Source: Parcubacteria group bacterium GW2011_GWD2_38_11 (GTDB lineage Bacteria; Patescibacteriota; Minisyncoccia; Moranbacterales; GWC2-37-73). From it: a stretch of DNA of 60,994 bases. This document shows positions 35,257-43,188 of the stretch, in pieces. The translations under genes were made by a program, and so were the position numbers. The notes beneath the pieces were generated by a model. It saw only the letters and a list, made by a program, of their open reading frames with translations. It was not told the DNA's origin and searched no databases. Each line of letters opens with the position of its first letter. The stretch's first letter is position 1. Where the stretch lies: contig LBTZ01000001.1 of NCBI GenBank assembly GCA_000992325.1, positions 1-60,994 on the forward strand. Reading direction: 5' to 3'.

Positions 35257-37614
35257 TTATTCAATATTTATACCCAGACGCTTCTTTATGGTAACTTCTT
35301 TTACGCGATAAAGCCATTTTCCAAAAGTAGTATTGCTATTAGGAAAATTACTAGTATTACCAAACTCTTTTTTATATTCCTTTGCCATTTCTTTCATAAT
35401 TGGACGCAATTTATCATCAGCATAGGCAGAACTATAATCCAAATTTTTAATATCATCCCATTTATAGCCAGTAACCTTGTATATACTATTTGTAGCTGCC
35501 TTTATATCCTTAAAGCAAGTCTCTTTTGCATTCGCCAAATTTTCAACCGTCAAAGCTGCCGATTTGCGCGCCTCATCAGCGCGACCCATATCTTCATATT
35601 GAGATACTGATGGTCCATCTCCTCCAGCAGGATGATTAACTGCAGCATCAGCTGCTTGGACATATTCAGCATTAGCGCTTTTAAACATCTCCTTTGCTGT
35701 TGATATATTTTGCTCCGTGTCACCAGTGTGTCCTAAAACATCAGCATTTCCTACCACCGCAGCTGCTGACGGCTTTGGAATATCAGTTGGCCCAACACCA
35801 GCGCCCGCGCCTTGCCCACCTTCAACAGCAGTGCCACCAACAGAATGATGCCCATCCAGGTGTGAAATTTTTCCACTAATATCTTTCAATTCAAATTTCA
35901 ATGGATTATGTTCATCGATAATCATAGTCGTCCCAGGCTTCACATTAACCATTCCATCTTTTAACATTTTATAATATTCAGTCTCTCCAACTTTCTTAAT
36001 AAGATCTTGCTTATTATCATGCATATAGTCCAACCACATTCGGTGAGCCGCTGCTCCAGGATTTTTCATATCTGGATGGATTTTCCTAATATGATCAATC
36101 AGTGTTTTTTCAATACTTGAACCTTTTTCAATGGTCAAAGATTCAGCTGGCGCCTGAGTATGTAAAGCTTCTTGAAAATTTGCTGGGACGTGCGTAACTG
36201 GCATCTTTCCATGTTCAACAAAATTAGCTGGCACACTTTTTGGGTGTTCAAATGCAGCAGTAATTGGTGTCTCACCATCTTGGGGATTCAAATTACTTAC
36301 ATTTTCAGTAATTCCACCAGAAAAAACTCCTGATTTTGGAATTGGTGGTAATTTTGCACCAACATCCTTCGCATTAGGCACATTTGTTGCAATATGTTCA
36401 GCGCCAACACCACTTCCTTGAAGTGCATGTGCTATACCACTAAAAGCCATTGTTCCGAATATCGCTACCATTCCAACCGCCACAACTTTATTAACCTTTG
36501 AGCGTAAAACATACTTGTCTAATTTTTTATCTACATTTTCAATTTCACCATTCAAAATTCCTTTAAACTTTTCAAAATCAATTTTTCCACTTTCAACTGT
36601 AACATCCTCAATGTTCTTCTTGCCATCCTTATTACTAAAATATTTATCCACGAATTGAGCAGCGGCGTCTAGTTGCATTCCGCCAGTAGTTGCCATTATA
36701 AGAGACCCCCAAACTCTTTTTCCAGTTGAAAAAGCACCCGCACCGGCCACAAAAGATCCAACTGCCAATCCACCCTTCACCCAAAACGGAACTTCTTTAT
36801 TATACCAATTTGCAACACTAGTCATCTTTAAACTTACATTGTCCCAGACCTTTCGTGCGCCAGATTTGTCAGCGGAATCTTCTTTTTTATAAGCAATGAT
36901 TTCTTCAGTTCTAGCATTATACAAATCATGGGCAGCCTTAACGTTGTAATAAGTATACAATTCCTTAAGTTCAACTTGCAATTTCTTTTCATCAATTTCA
37001 CCTTTATCACTTTTTGATTGCAACTCAAAAATTTCCTTGTCCAATTTAGTCTTGAGCAATTTTTCATATGCCTCACGCTCACTTTTTATAGTTGCGTTTT
37101 CTGGATATTTTTTTCCAATTTTTGAAAGATTAAATTTGGAATGCTTTTCCAAATTTTCCATTGCCTTTTGCTCCCTGAATTCAGTTCTGGCATATCGCTG
37201 TCTTGCTTCAATCAAAGCTTCCTCAAGAGGATCCTTTAATTTCTCAGGTTGAACATTTACTTTTTTTTCAATTTCAGCGATTTTTTCTGATTCAATTTTT
37301 TCCTGAACACCTTTCTTTTCTTTTTCAGCCAGCCTTCTCGCGGCATTTTCCTTGTTTTTGATTTTTTCATCAACAACATTATCAACATCCAAAGTTACTA
37401 TTGGAGAAGGTGCAGCTTCCGGCTGAGCAACTGCAACTTTTGCATCATCAATAACAGGTGGAATATTTTCCACCAAAACTGTACCAGAGAAATCTACCAA
37501 TTCTTCATTTTTTGCATCAGCAGCATCATTTAAAACACGGAAGCGATTTCTAGCCTCTTCCCGAGATGTTTTTATCAAATCTCCTGCAATTTTTAGCATA
37601 TCTTCAGCTGCCAT
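35257..37614 (-). CDS. Large membrane protein (785 aa): N-terminal coiled coil, central TM helices, C-terminal domain of unknown function
   Basis: Hydrophobic segments FWVKGGLAVGSFVAGAGAFS, WGSLIMATTGGMQL and VVAVGMVAIFGTMAFSGIAHAL. No catalytic motif recognised. Confidence 0.6.
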   Translation of the reverse strand: MAAEDMLKIAGDLIKTSREEARNRFRVLNDAADAKNEELVDFSGTVLVENIPPVIDDAKVAVAQPEAAPSPIVTLDVDNVVDEKIKNKENAARRLAEKEKKGVQEKIESEKIAEIEKKVNVQPEKLKDPLEEALIEARQRYARTEFREQKAMENLEKHSKFNLSKIGKKYPENATIKSEREAYEKLLKTKLDKEIFELQSKSDKGEIDEKKLQVELKELYTYYNVKAAHDLYNARTEEIIAYKKEDSADKSGARKVWDNVSLKMTSVANWYNKEVPFWVKGGLAVGSFVAGAGAFSTGKRVWGSLIMATTGGMQLDAAAQFVDKYFSNKDGKKNIEDVTVESGKIDFEKFKGILNGEIENVDKKLDKYVLRSKVNKVVAVGMVAIFGTMAFSGIAHALQGSGVGAEHIATNVPNAKDVGAKLPPIPKSGVFSGGITENVSNLNPQDGETPITAAFEHPKSVPANFVEHGKMPVTHVPANFQEALHTQAPAESLTIEKGSSIEKTLIDHIRKIHPDMKNPGAAAHRMWLDYMHDNKQDLIKKVGETEYYKMLKDGMVNVKPGTTMIIDEHNPLKFELKDISGKISHLDGHHSVGGTAVEGGQGAGAGVGPTDIPKPSAAAVVGNADVLGHTGDTEQNISTAKEMFKSANAEYVQAADAAVNHPAGGDGPSVSQYEDMGRADEARKSAALTVENLANAKETCFKDIKAATNSIYKVTGYKWDDIKNLDYSSAYADDKLRPIMKEMAKEYKKEFGNTSNFPNSNTTFGKWLYRVKEVTIKKRLGINIE

Positions 37615-37654
37615 TTTTTTGTTTTATGAATTTTTGCAAATTATTTCTTGATTC

Positions 37655-39457
37655 TTATTTTACCAACTCCGTTAAAACTTTTTTAATAAAAACTTCTTTT
37701 TTATCATCCGCAACAACCTTTTCCTGCTCAAGCAGTTCGTCCAAAAACGCCACCACTTGACCCTCCAGGAAACTTTCCTGATATTCCGTCCTAAGTTTTT
37801 TATATTCTTCATTTCCCCGCAATAATATCACCAATTTATCCCTAAAATCTTTTGCCAATTCCAAAGATAACTCAAAAACCTCATTGGGATCTTTTTCATT
37901 TTTTTCTTCAGTTTTACCCTCAACAACAGCATCTGGTTTGAAATTCCTATCAACCATATAAGTTTTACCCTCAATAACAACCAATCTCTTGGGATAATTT
38001 GGATCATTTATTTTTCCAACAAATTCTTGATAAAAAGCAAGACTATCCCAAAAATCTTTATGTTGTTCCCTTGATGCAGCATCTGTGTGTTCGAATTCTA
38101 TAAGATCAGCATATTCCATTAGTTTTTTAACCATATCATCGCCACTGGCCAACTTATCCACCAGGCTAATTCCAAATTCTTTTTCAAAACGCTCAACGGA
38201 TAAATGCTTCTCTATGATATTCCTAGCAGCATTTCTGAATTCACTGGCAATTTTACTATTCTCATCTTCAATATTTTCATTTTTTTCAACATCAACTTTT
38301 GTTTCCACCTTTTTAACTACGGGTTTTTTCTTTTTTTCAGTCTCACTTAAATCCTTCTTTCTTTTTTCTAATATTTTTGAAATCTCTTTTTTGGCACCAG
38401 CAACAAGACCCTCAAACTCTTTGGATTCTTCTTCAGACAAATCCTCTGTTTTTATTTGATCAAAATTTTCCAAATAATGCTGCTTGTCTTTTAAATTAAC
38501 CGCAAATTGCGTTTTTCCTATTTCATCTTTGGCAATATCAAAAATATTAACAACCAATTTTTTGCAATTTTCGAAATTTTGTTTATCTTTTTTTGATTCA
38601 ACTCTTTTAAATTGTTCCTTGTTTTTTTCGTATTCATCTTGCAATTGTGCAAGTTTTTCAATATGACTCTGGAAAAAACTTAACACTTCGTCAGAATATT
38701 CTGAAATCGAACCATCTGATTTAACTCTGCCATTAATTTCATCAATTAGGGCATTTACTTTATCTGCCTCTTCCTTAAAAAAAGCTACTGAGTCTTCAAC
38801 ATATTGGCCACTCTCCCAATCAATATTTGTTTGCTTATTAAGCCCATCAGCCAAATCACAAATCTTATTCCAAGTATCATTGATTTCTTTTTTTAATTCT
38901 TCATCAACCTTTTCCTCCTCCACAGCAACAGCATTATTATCTTTATTGCAGACGGCTTCAATGGCCAGTTTAGTGTCGGCAGATTCACATGCAATATTGT
39001 TCAGGTTGGAAAGACAAAATCTTTTAATATAAGCATCCACCTCACTTTCTTTCAAATTATCATCATTTCCATATTCCTGAATAAATAATTTTTTGAGCAG
39101 ATCCAATGCGCCACCATCAAAAAGCAGTGCATTGCGAAGCAAGGTGCCGACTTTTTTTATTTTCCCATGATCTTTCTGACTTTCTATTCTCACATCCTCA
39201 TTATTTTCCTTGCTGAAAACATTCACGAATGAATTTTCAATAATCTCTTTTATTTTTTCATTACCTGTTTCAACATCAGCAACTGGATTTTCAATAACTG
39301 CCTGTTCCATTTCTCTAGCGGATGCCAATGATTCATCTTCAATTATTTTTATCTTAAGTGAACGCATAGGATCAGGTAAAACCCCAAAACCAGCAGGTTT
39401 TGTTTCAGAACTATTTAATAAAGTTATCGGGTGTTTTATAACATCAAAAAGTTTCAT
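37655..39457 (-). CDS. Large acidic coiled-coil protein (600 aa), no recognisable domain
   Basis: Long uninterrupted ORF, highly Glu/Lys/Asp-rich, 40 nt upstream of the next gene. Confidence 0.6.
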   Translation of the reverse strand: MKLFDVIKHPITLLNSSETKPAGFGVLPDPMRSLKIKIIEDESLASAREMEQAVIENPVADVETGNEKIKEIIENSFVNVFSKENNEDVRIESQKDHGKIKKVGTLLRNALLFDGGALDLLKKLFIQEYGNDDNLKESEVDAYIKRFCLSNLNNIACESADTKLAIEAVCNKDNNAVAVEEEKVDEELKKEINDTWNKICDLADGLNKQTNIDWESGQYVEDSVAFFKEEADKVNALIDEINGRVKSDGSISEYSDEVLSFFQSHIEKLAQLQDEYEKNKEQFKRVESKKDKQNFENCKKLVVNIFDIAKDEIGKTQFAVNLKDKQHYLENFDQIKTEDLSEEESKEFEGLVAGAKKEISKILEKRKKDLSETEKKKKPVVKKVETKVDVEKNENIEDENSKIASEFRNAARNIIEKHLSVERFEKEFGISLVDKLASGDDMVKKLMEYADLIEFEHTDAASREQHKDFWDSLAFYQEFVGKINDPNYPKRLVVIEGKTYMVDRNFKPDAVVEGKTEEKNEKDPNEVFELSLELAKDFRDKLVILLRGNEEYKKLRTEYQESFLEGQVVAFLDELLEQEKVVADDKKEVFIKKVLTELVK

Positions 39458-39491
39458 GCATTGATTGCTAAAAGATTTTATTTACCTAAAA

Positions 39492-39500
39492 ATTATATCA
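39492..39500 (-). promoter_or_regulatory. Extended -10 promoter element (TGATATAAT) upstream of the 600-aa gene
   Basis: The minus strand reads tgTGaTATAAT ~35 nt upstream of the ATG at 39457, just after a terminator. Confidence 0.4.
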
Positions 39501-39543
39501 CAAAATTCGTTTTTCTCCCATAGCAAAATTTTATGAAAAATTA

Positions 39544-39580
39544 AAAGGCGCAGTAATGGAAAATTCCATACTGCGCCTTT
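39544..39580 (-). terminator. Terminator after the 282-aa membrane protein gene
   Basis: aaaggcgcagta-tggaattttcca-tactgcgccttt followed by a T-run on the minus strand. Confidence 0.65.
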
Positions 39581-39610
39581 ATTTCATCACCTCCTTTTGT
39601 GCATTATTGT

Positions 39611-40459
39611 TTAGCTCGATGATTTCATTAAGCCAAGTCCGCGAGCTTTGTTCAATGCGTCTTCATATTCCTTGGGAAGCTTGACGCCAGGATTTGCCTT
39701 TTGCCATGCTATCACCCCATCCACGAATTCGTTGTCGATCTGCTCTTGCTGCTTTTTTTGAATGGCAGTCAGATCGTTGACGCGTTTTGCTGTAGAAGCT
39801 GAAATTACATTGACCTTGTTACCAATGAGTCCATCGAGATAAAAGCCAACGTGTGGGAAAAGTACAAATACCAATCCCACAGCATAAGCAACAACTGCAA
39901 CCTTAACTGTAAATCGCGACATTTTTTTGAATGATGTGAAATTGTCAATTGCGACAACCACCATCAACATCAAGATTACAATCGCCGCAGTCATTCCGCC
40001 AAATGTATAATTGACATACAGCGGAAGAATCAGAAACAGTGCGGTTTGTGCCAGGAAAATTTTGGAAATTACTGTAAGATAAGCCCGGATGAATTCATTA
40101 TCGAAGACTCCAGTCTCCTCCTGATTTTCAACGGGCCTTCCACGCAATTTTTTTAATTCATTACTGAGTGCCGTCAAAAATTCGAAGCTTTCTCCTGTCA
40201 GATGCATATTGAGCATGCGCCGAACCGAACACAACCTGTATAGCGTGAACAGCCATGGAATCAAAGTGATGCAAATAGAAACTTTGATGGACGGGCTAAT
40301 CAACAGAATCAACGCAGACCCCAAAATTGTTGCGCCCAATACCGTCATCAGTGTCCAGCGAATTCTAACGAGCTCACCAGAAACTGCATTCCACATTGTC
40401 GAAAAAAATCTTGCTATCATAATTGCCTCCCTTTTTAGTTGAGAAATATTTTCTTCCAA
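39611..40459 (-). CDS. Polytopic membrane protein (282 aa, about 5 TM)
   Basis: Hydrophobic helices throughout. It overlaps the upstream gene by 25 nt, so an alternative start at 40420 is possible. Confidence 0.55.
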   Translation of the reverse strand: MEENISQLKREAIMIARFFSTMWNAVSGELVRIRWTLMTVLGATILGSALILLISPSIKVSICITLIPWLFTLYRLCSVRRMLNMHLTGESFEFLTALSNELKKLRGRPVENQEETGVFDNEFIRAYLTVISKIFLAQTALFLILPLYVNYTFGGMTAAIVILMLMVVVAIDNFTSFKKMSRFTVKVAVVAYAVGLVFVLFPHVGFYLDGLIGNKVNVISASTAKRVNDLTAIQKKQQEQIDNEFVDGVIAWQKANPGVKLPKEYEDALNKARGLGLMKSSS

Positions 40460-41205
40460 AGTGGACGATTGTTAAACTCCTCATTCCTGTCCGCAACCAT
40501 TGTCTCCATTTTTGCCAAAGAGCAATCAACTGAATCATAGATTCCGATCGCCCTTGATTTTAGGAGTGGCCACAATGTATCCTTACCAAATTTCAAAAAA
40601 TTTTCCAAACTCGATGAAGCATCCTGCATTGCACCAACAGCAATTATTCGCGTGAATACTTCCGCACTAGAAGTGCATGTTGTCGCAAGTTCCTGCAAAA
40701 TGGTAATTCCCGGACGAATGCATGCGGGAACAGCCGGAATAGCAGCGACCGCTGGCGAACCAGGTATTGCGGGTTTTGCAGCAGTAGTACTAGTAGCTGG
40801 CACAGCTGGTGTGGCAGCAACCGCAGACTTACCTGGAACAGCAGGAGAGCCAATAGTGCTTGGGAAATCCAAATCGTGAATAGTAACAAGTATTCTGAAG
40901 TTTTTTGCATACGTTGTGCCATTTGCATCATCCGCTTGTTCTACAAATATCATTGCTTGCTCAATCATTTTCTTTTGAGCAGGTGTAGCAATAGCTTCAG
41001 CAAGATCAAGAGCAAAATAGTGTTCATCCAACCAGCCTTTTGGGTCAATAAGACGTTTCTTTATTTCCTCTCCAACCGTTTTTCCAGCAATCTCGCCAAC
41101 ACCCAAAAAACCAATGATTCTGCCCGCCCAAGTCCATGCATGTTTCAACATACCCAGAAATGCGCCTTCTCCCAATGCCTCTGCCATAAATCTCCCCAGT
41201 GCCAT
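40435..41205 (-). CDS. Hypothetical protein with central Pro/Ala-rich tract (256 aa)
   Basis: Strong SD (aaaaggggagg) before the ATG. Tract SPAVPGKSAVAATPAVPATSTTAAKPAIPGSPAVAAIPAVP, with a local GC spike. Confidence 0.6.
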   Translation of the reverse strand: MALGRFMAEALGEGAFLGMLKHAWTWAGRIIGFLGVGEIAGKTVGEEIKKRLIDPKGWLDEHYFALDLAEAIATPAQKKMIEQAMIFVEQADDANGTTYAKNFRILVTIHDLDFPSTIGSPAVPGKSAVAATPAVPATSTTAAKPAIPGSPAVAAIPAVPACIRPGITILQELATTCTSSAEVFTRIIAVGAMQDASSSLENFLKFGKDTLWPLLKSRAIGIYDSVDCSLAKMETMVADRNEEFNNRPLWKKIFLN

Positions 41206-41286
41206 GATAAACCTCCCCTTTTCCTTTATTTAGTGTGTGTATATTATATTGTCAAAGAGCCTGTTTAAGGCCCTTTTTGGCCTTGC

Positions 41287-41303
41287 TATAGGACCATCCT
41301 ATA
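41287..41303. promoter_or_regulatory. Operator-like perfect palindrome TATAGGA-N3-TCCTATA
   Basis: It lies between the TTGACA-17-TAAGAT promoter and the SD of the 256-aa gene. Confidence 0.4.
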
Positions 41304-41310
41304 ACCATCT

Positions 41311-41339
41311 ATCTTAGCACAAAAAAGACATTATGTCAA
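41311..41339 (-). promoter_or_regulatory. Sigma70-type promoter of the 41205<-40435 gene
   Basis: Minus strand reads TTGACA, a 17-nt spacer, then TAAGAT. Confidence 0.55.
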
Positions 41340-41394
41340 GCTCGCTGAAAGCTGAAATTGGTGGTATAATTTAAAAATAAAAATCATAATCTTT

Positions 41395-41512
41395 TGTCAT
41401 TCCCGCGTAGGCGGGAATCCAGGACTGAGCCAGACGGAAACGCGAACCTAGATTCCGGAACACCTGCCCGCAATGCTTCGCATAACGATGCAGGCGGGAG
41501 TCCGGAATGACA
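41395..41512. mobile_element. Family A double-hairpin element with a family B palindrome nested in its second hairpin
   Basis: tgtcattcccgcgtaggcgggaatccagg ... gattccgga[acacctgcccgcaatgcttcgcataacgatgcaggcggga]gtccggaatgaca. Confidence 0.8.
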
Positions 41513-41529
41513 AATAAAAAAATAAAAAA

Positions 41530-43089
41530 ATGAACAAAAAAATCGTCTGGGGGCTATTGTTGGCAATTTTGATTACGGCTTTTGCACTGCGAGTAACCAA
41601 CATCAAAAACATTCCGGCGGGAATATATCCTGACGAAGCTCAAAATGGCGTGGATGCGCAGCAAGCGAATGCCACTAGGGAGTACAAACTTTTTTATGAA
41701 GGAAACCAAGGTCGCGAAGGATTATTTATAAACCTGCAAGCACTCTCGATCAAAGCATTTGGTCCAACTGAATTTGCGCTCAAGCTTTGGTCGATCATTT
41801 TTGGCACACTGACAGTGCTGGGAGTTTTCCTTCTAGCCAAAGAACTTTTCAAAAGCTATGCAGCTGGTCTGATCGGCGCATATCTGATTGCTTTTTCATA
41901 TTGGGCAATCAATTTTTCCCGCATAGGCTTTCGAGCTATTATGGTTCCATTTCTTCTTTCTTTTGCTTTTTATTTCATCTTCAAGGGTCTTCGGACAAAA
42001 AAACTTCATACCTTTGTCATTGCTGGCCTCATCTATGGTCTTGGTCTACACACCTATATCGCCTTTCGAGTTTCCCCATTGGTTTTGATTGCACTTTTCG
42101 TTTCACTCCTCATTACTCGTAAAAACTTTTTTAAAGAATATTGGAAACATATTCTTGTTTTTGCTTTTGCAATGTTTGTCACTGCCGCACCAATGCTCCT
42201 TGATTTTTTTGTTTACAACCCGGACCATTATGCATCGCGCACCAGTGCAATTTCCGTTTTCAATCCTGTCACAAACGGTGGGAACCTGCCACTAACAATT
42301 GCCAGAACATTCGGATTAAGTTTGCAAAAATATTTTGTGATGGGCGATCTCAATATGAGACACAACTATCCACCTTACGCACTGCTTAACCCTATTGTGA
42401 GTGTCACATTTTTGATTGGGCTTATTTATATTGCTAGCAAATTTCTGCATTTATTATGGCTACGCATAGCAAAAGGACAAAGAGACGAAAGAATGGACAT
42501 CTATGTCTTTTTGTTGTCTTGGTTTCTCGTGCTACTCATTCCTGAATTTTTGGCTAACGAAGGAAATCCTCACGCTCTGCGTTCCATTGGGACCCTGCCT
42601 GTAGTTATCATCATCTCAACTATTCCCTTCCTTTGGATATTTAAAAAATATAATCAATTTGGACATAGCTATAAAATGTTCACCATTTCCATTTTTATTG
42701 GGGCGTTTATTTTTATTGGACTCGCTGATCCAATAAAATATTTTGTATTTTTTGCTAACAGCCCAAAACAACATCAGGTTTTTGAAGCCAACACGAGAGC
42801 AATCTCTGATTATATTCGAATTCTTCCTCAGAGCGAAAAGAAATATATTGTTACGGGTGCTATGCCAAGACTAACAATCAATTATCTCAATCCGACACTG
42901 CCAAACACTTTCTATCTCTATCCTTCTCAGCTTGATCAAATCAAAACCAACAGCAACGAGAAGTTGACGATTATTTTCACCGGCTGGGATTGGGATTCGA
43001 TCAATGCCCTCCGCGCGCGAATTCCCAATCTTACTTTCCAAGAACATAAAAACAAATTTGGAGATGTATTTATAACATTAAGCAACTAA
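41530..43089 (+). CDS. GT-C fold glycosyltransferase (ArnT/PMT, GT39/GT83-like)
   Basis: 519 aa, polytopic. The first loop carries GIYPDEAQNG (a DE motif characteristic of lipid-carrier-dependent GT-C enzymes). Confidence 0.75.
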   Translation: MNKKIVWGLLLAILITAFALRVTNIKNIPAGIYPDEAQNGVDAQQANATREYKLFYEGNQGREGLFINLQALSIKAFGPTEFALKLWSIIFGTLTVLGVFLLAKELFKSYAAGLIGAYLIAFSYWAINFSRIGFRAIMVPFLLSFAFYFIFKGLRTKKLHTFVIAGLIYGLGLHTYIAFRVSPLVLIALFVSLLITRKNFFKEYWKHILVFAFAMFVTAAPMLLDFFVYNPDHYASRTSAISVFNPVTNGGNLPLTIARTFGLSLQKYFVMGDLNMRHNYPPYALLNPIVSVTFLIGLIYIASKFLHLLWLRIAKGQRDERMDIYVFLLSWFLVLLIPEFLANEGNPHALRSIGTLPVVIIISTIPFLWIFKKYNQFGHSYKMFTISIFIGAFIFIGLADPIKYFVFFANSPKQHQVFEANTRAISDYIRILPQSEKKYIVTGAMPRLTINYLNPTLPNTFYLYPSQLDQIKTNSNEKLTIIFTGWDWDSINALRARIPNLTFQEHKNKFGDVFITLSN

Positions 43090-43106
43090 AAAATAATTTG
43101 CATATT

Positions 43107-43188
43107 TGTCATCCCGCACTTGATGCGGGATCCAGAAAGTCTCACTAAATAAAAAATAACCTGGATTCCCGTTTTCACGGGAATGACA
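43107..43188. mobile_element. Family A double-hairpin element (short spacer)
   Basis: tgtcatcccgcacttgatgcgggatccag ... cctggattcccgttttcacgggaatgaca. The annotated ATG at 43183 lies inside it. Confidence 0.8.
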
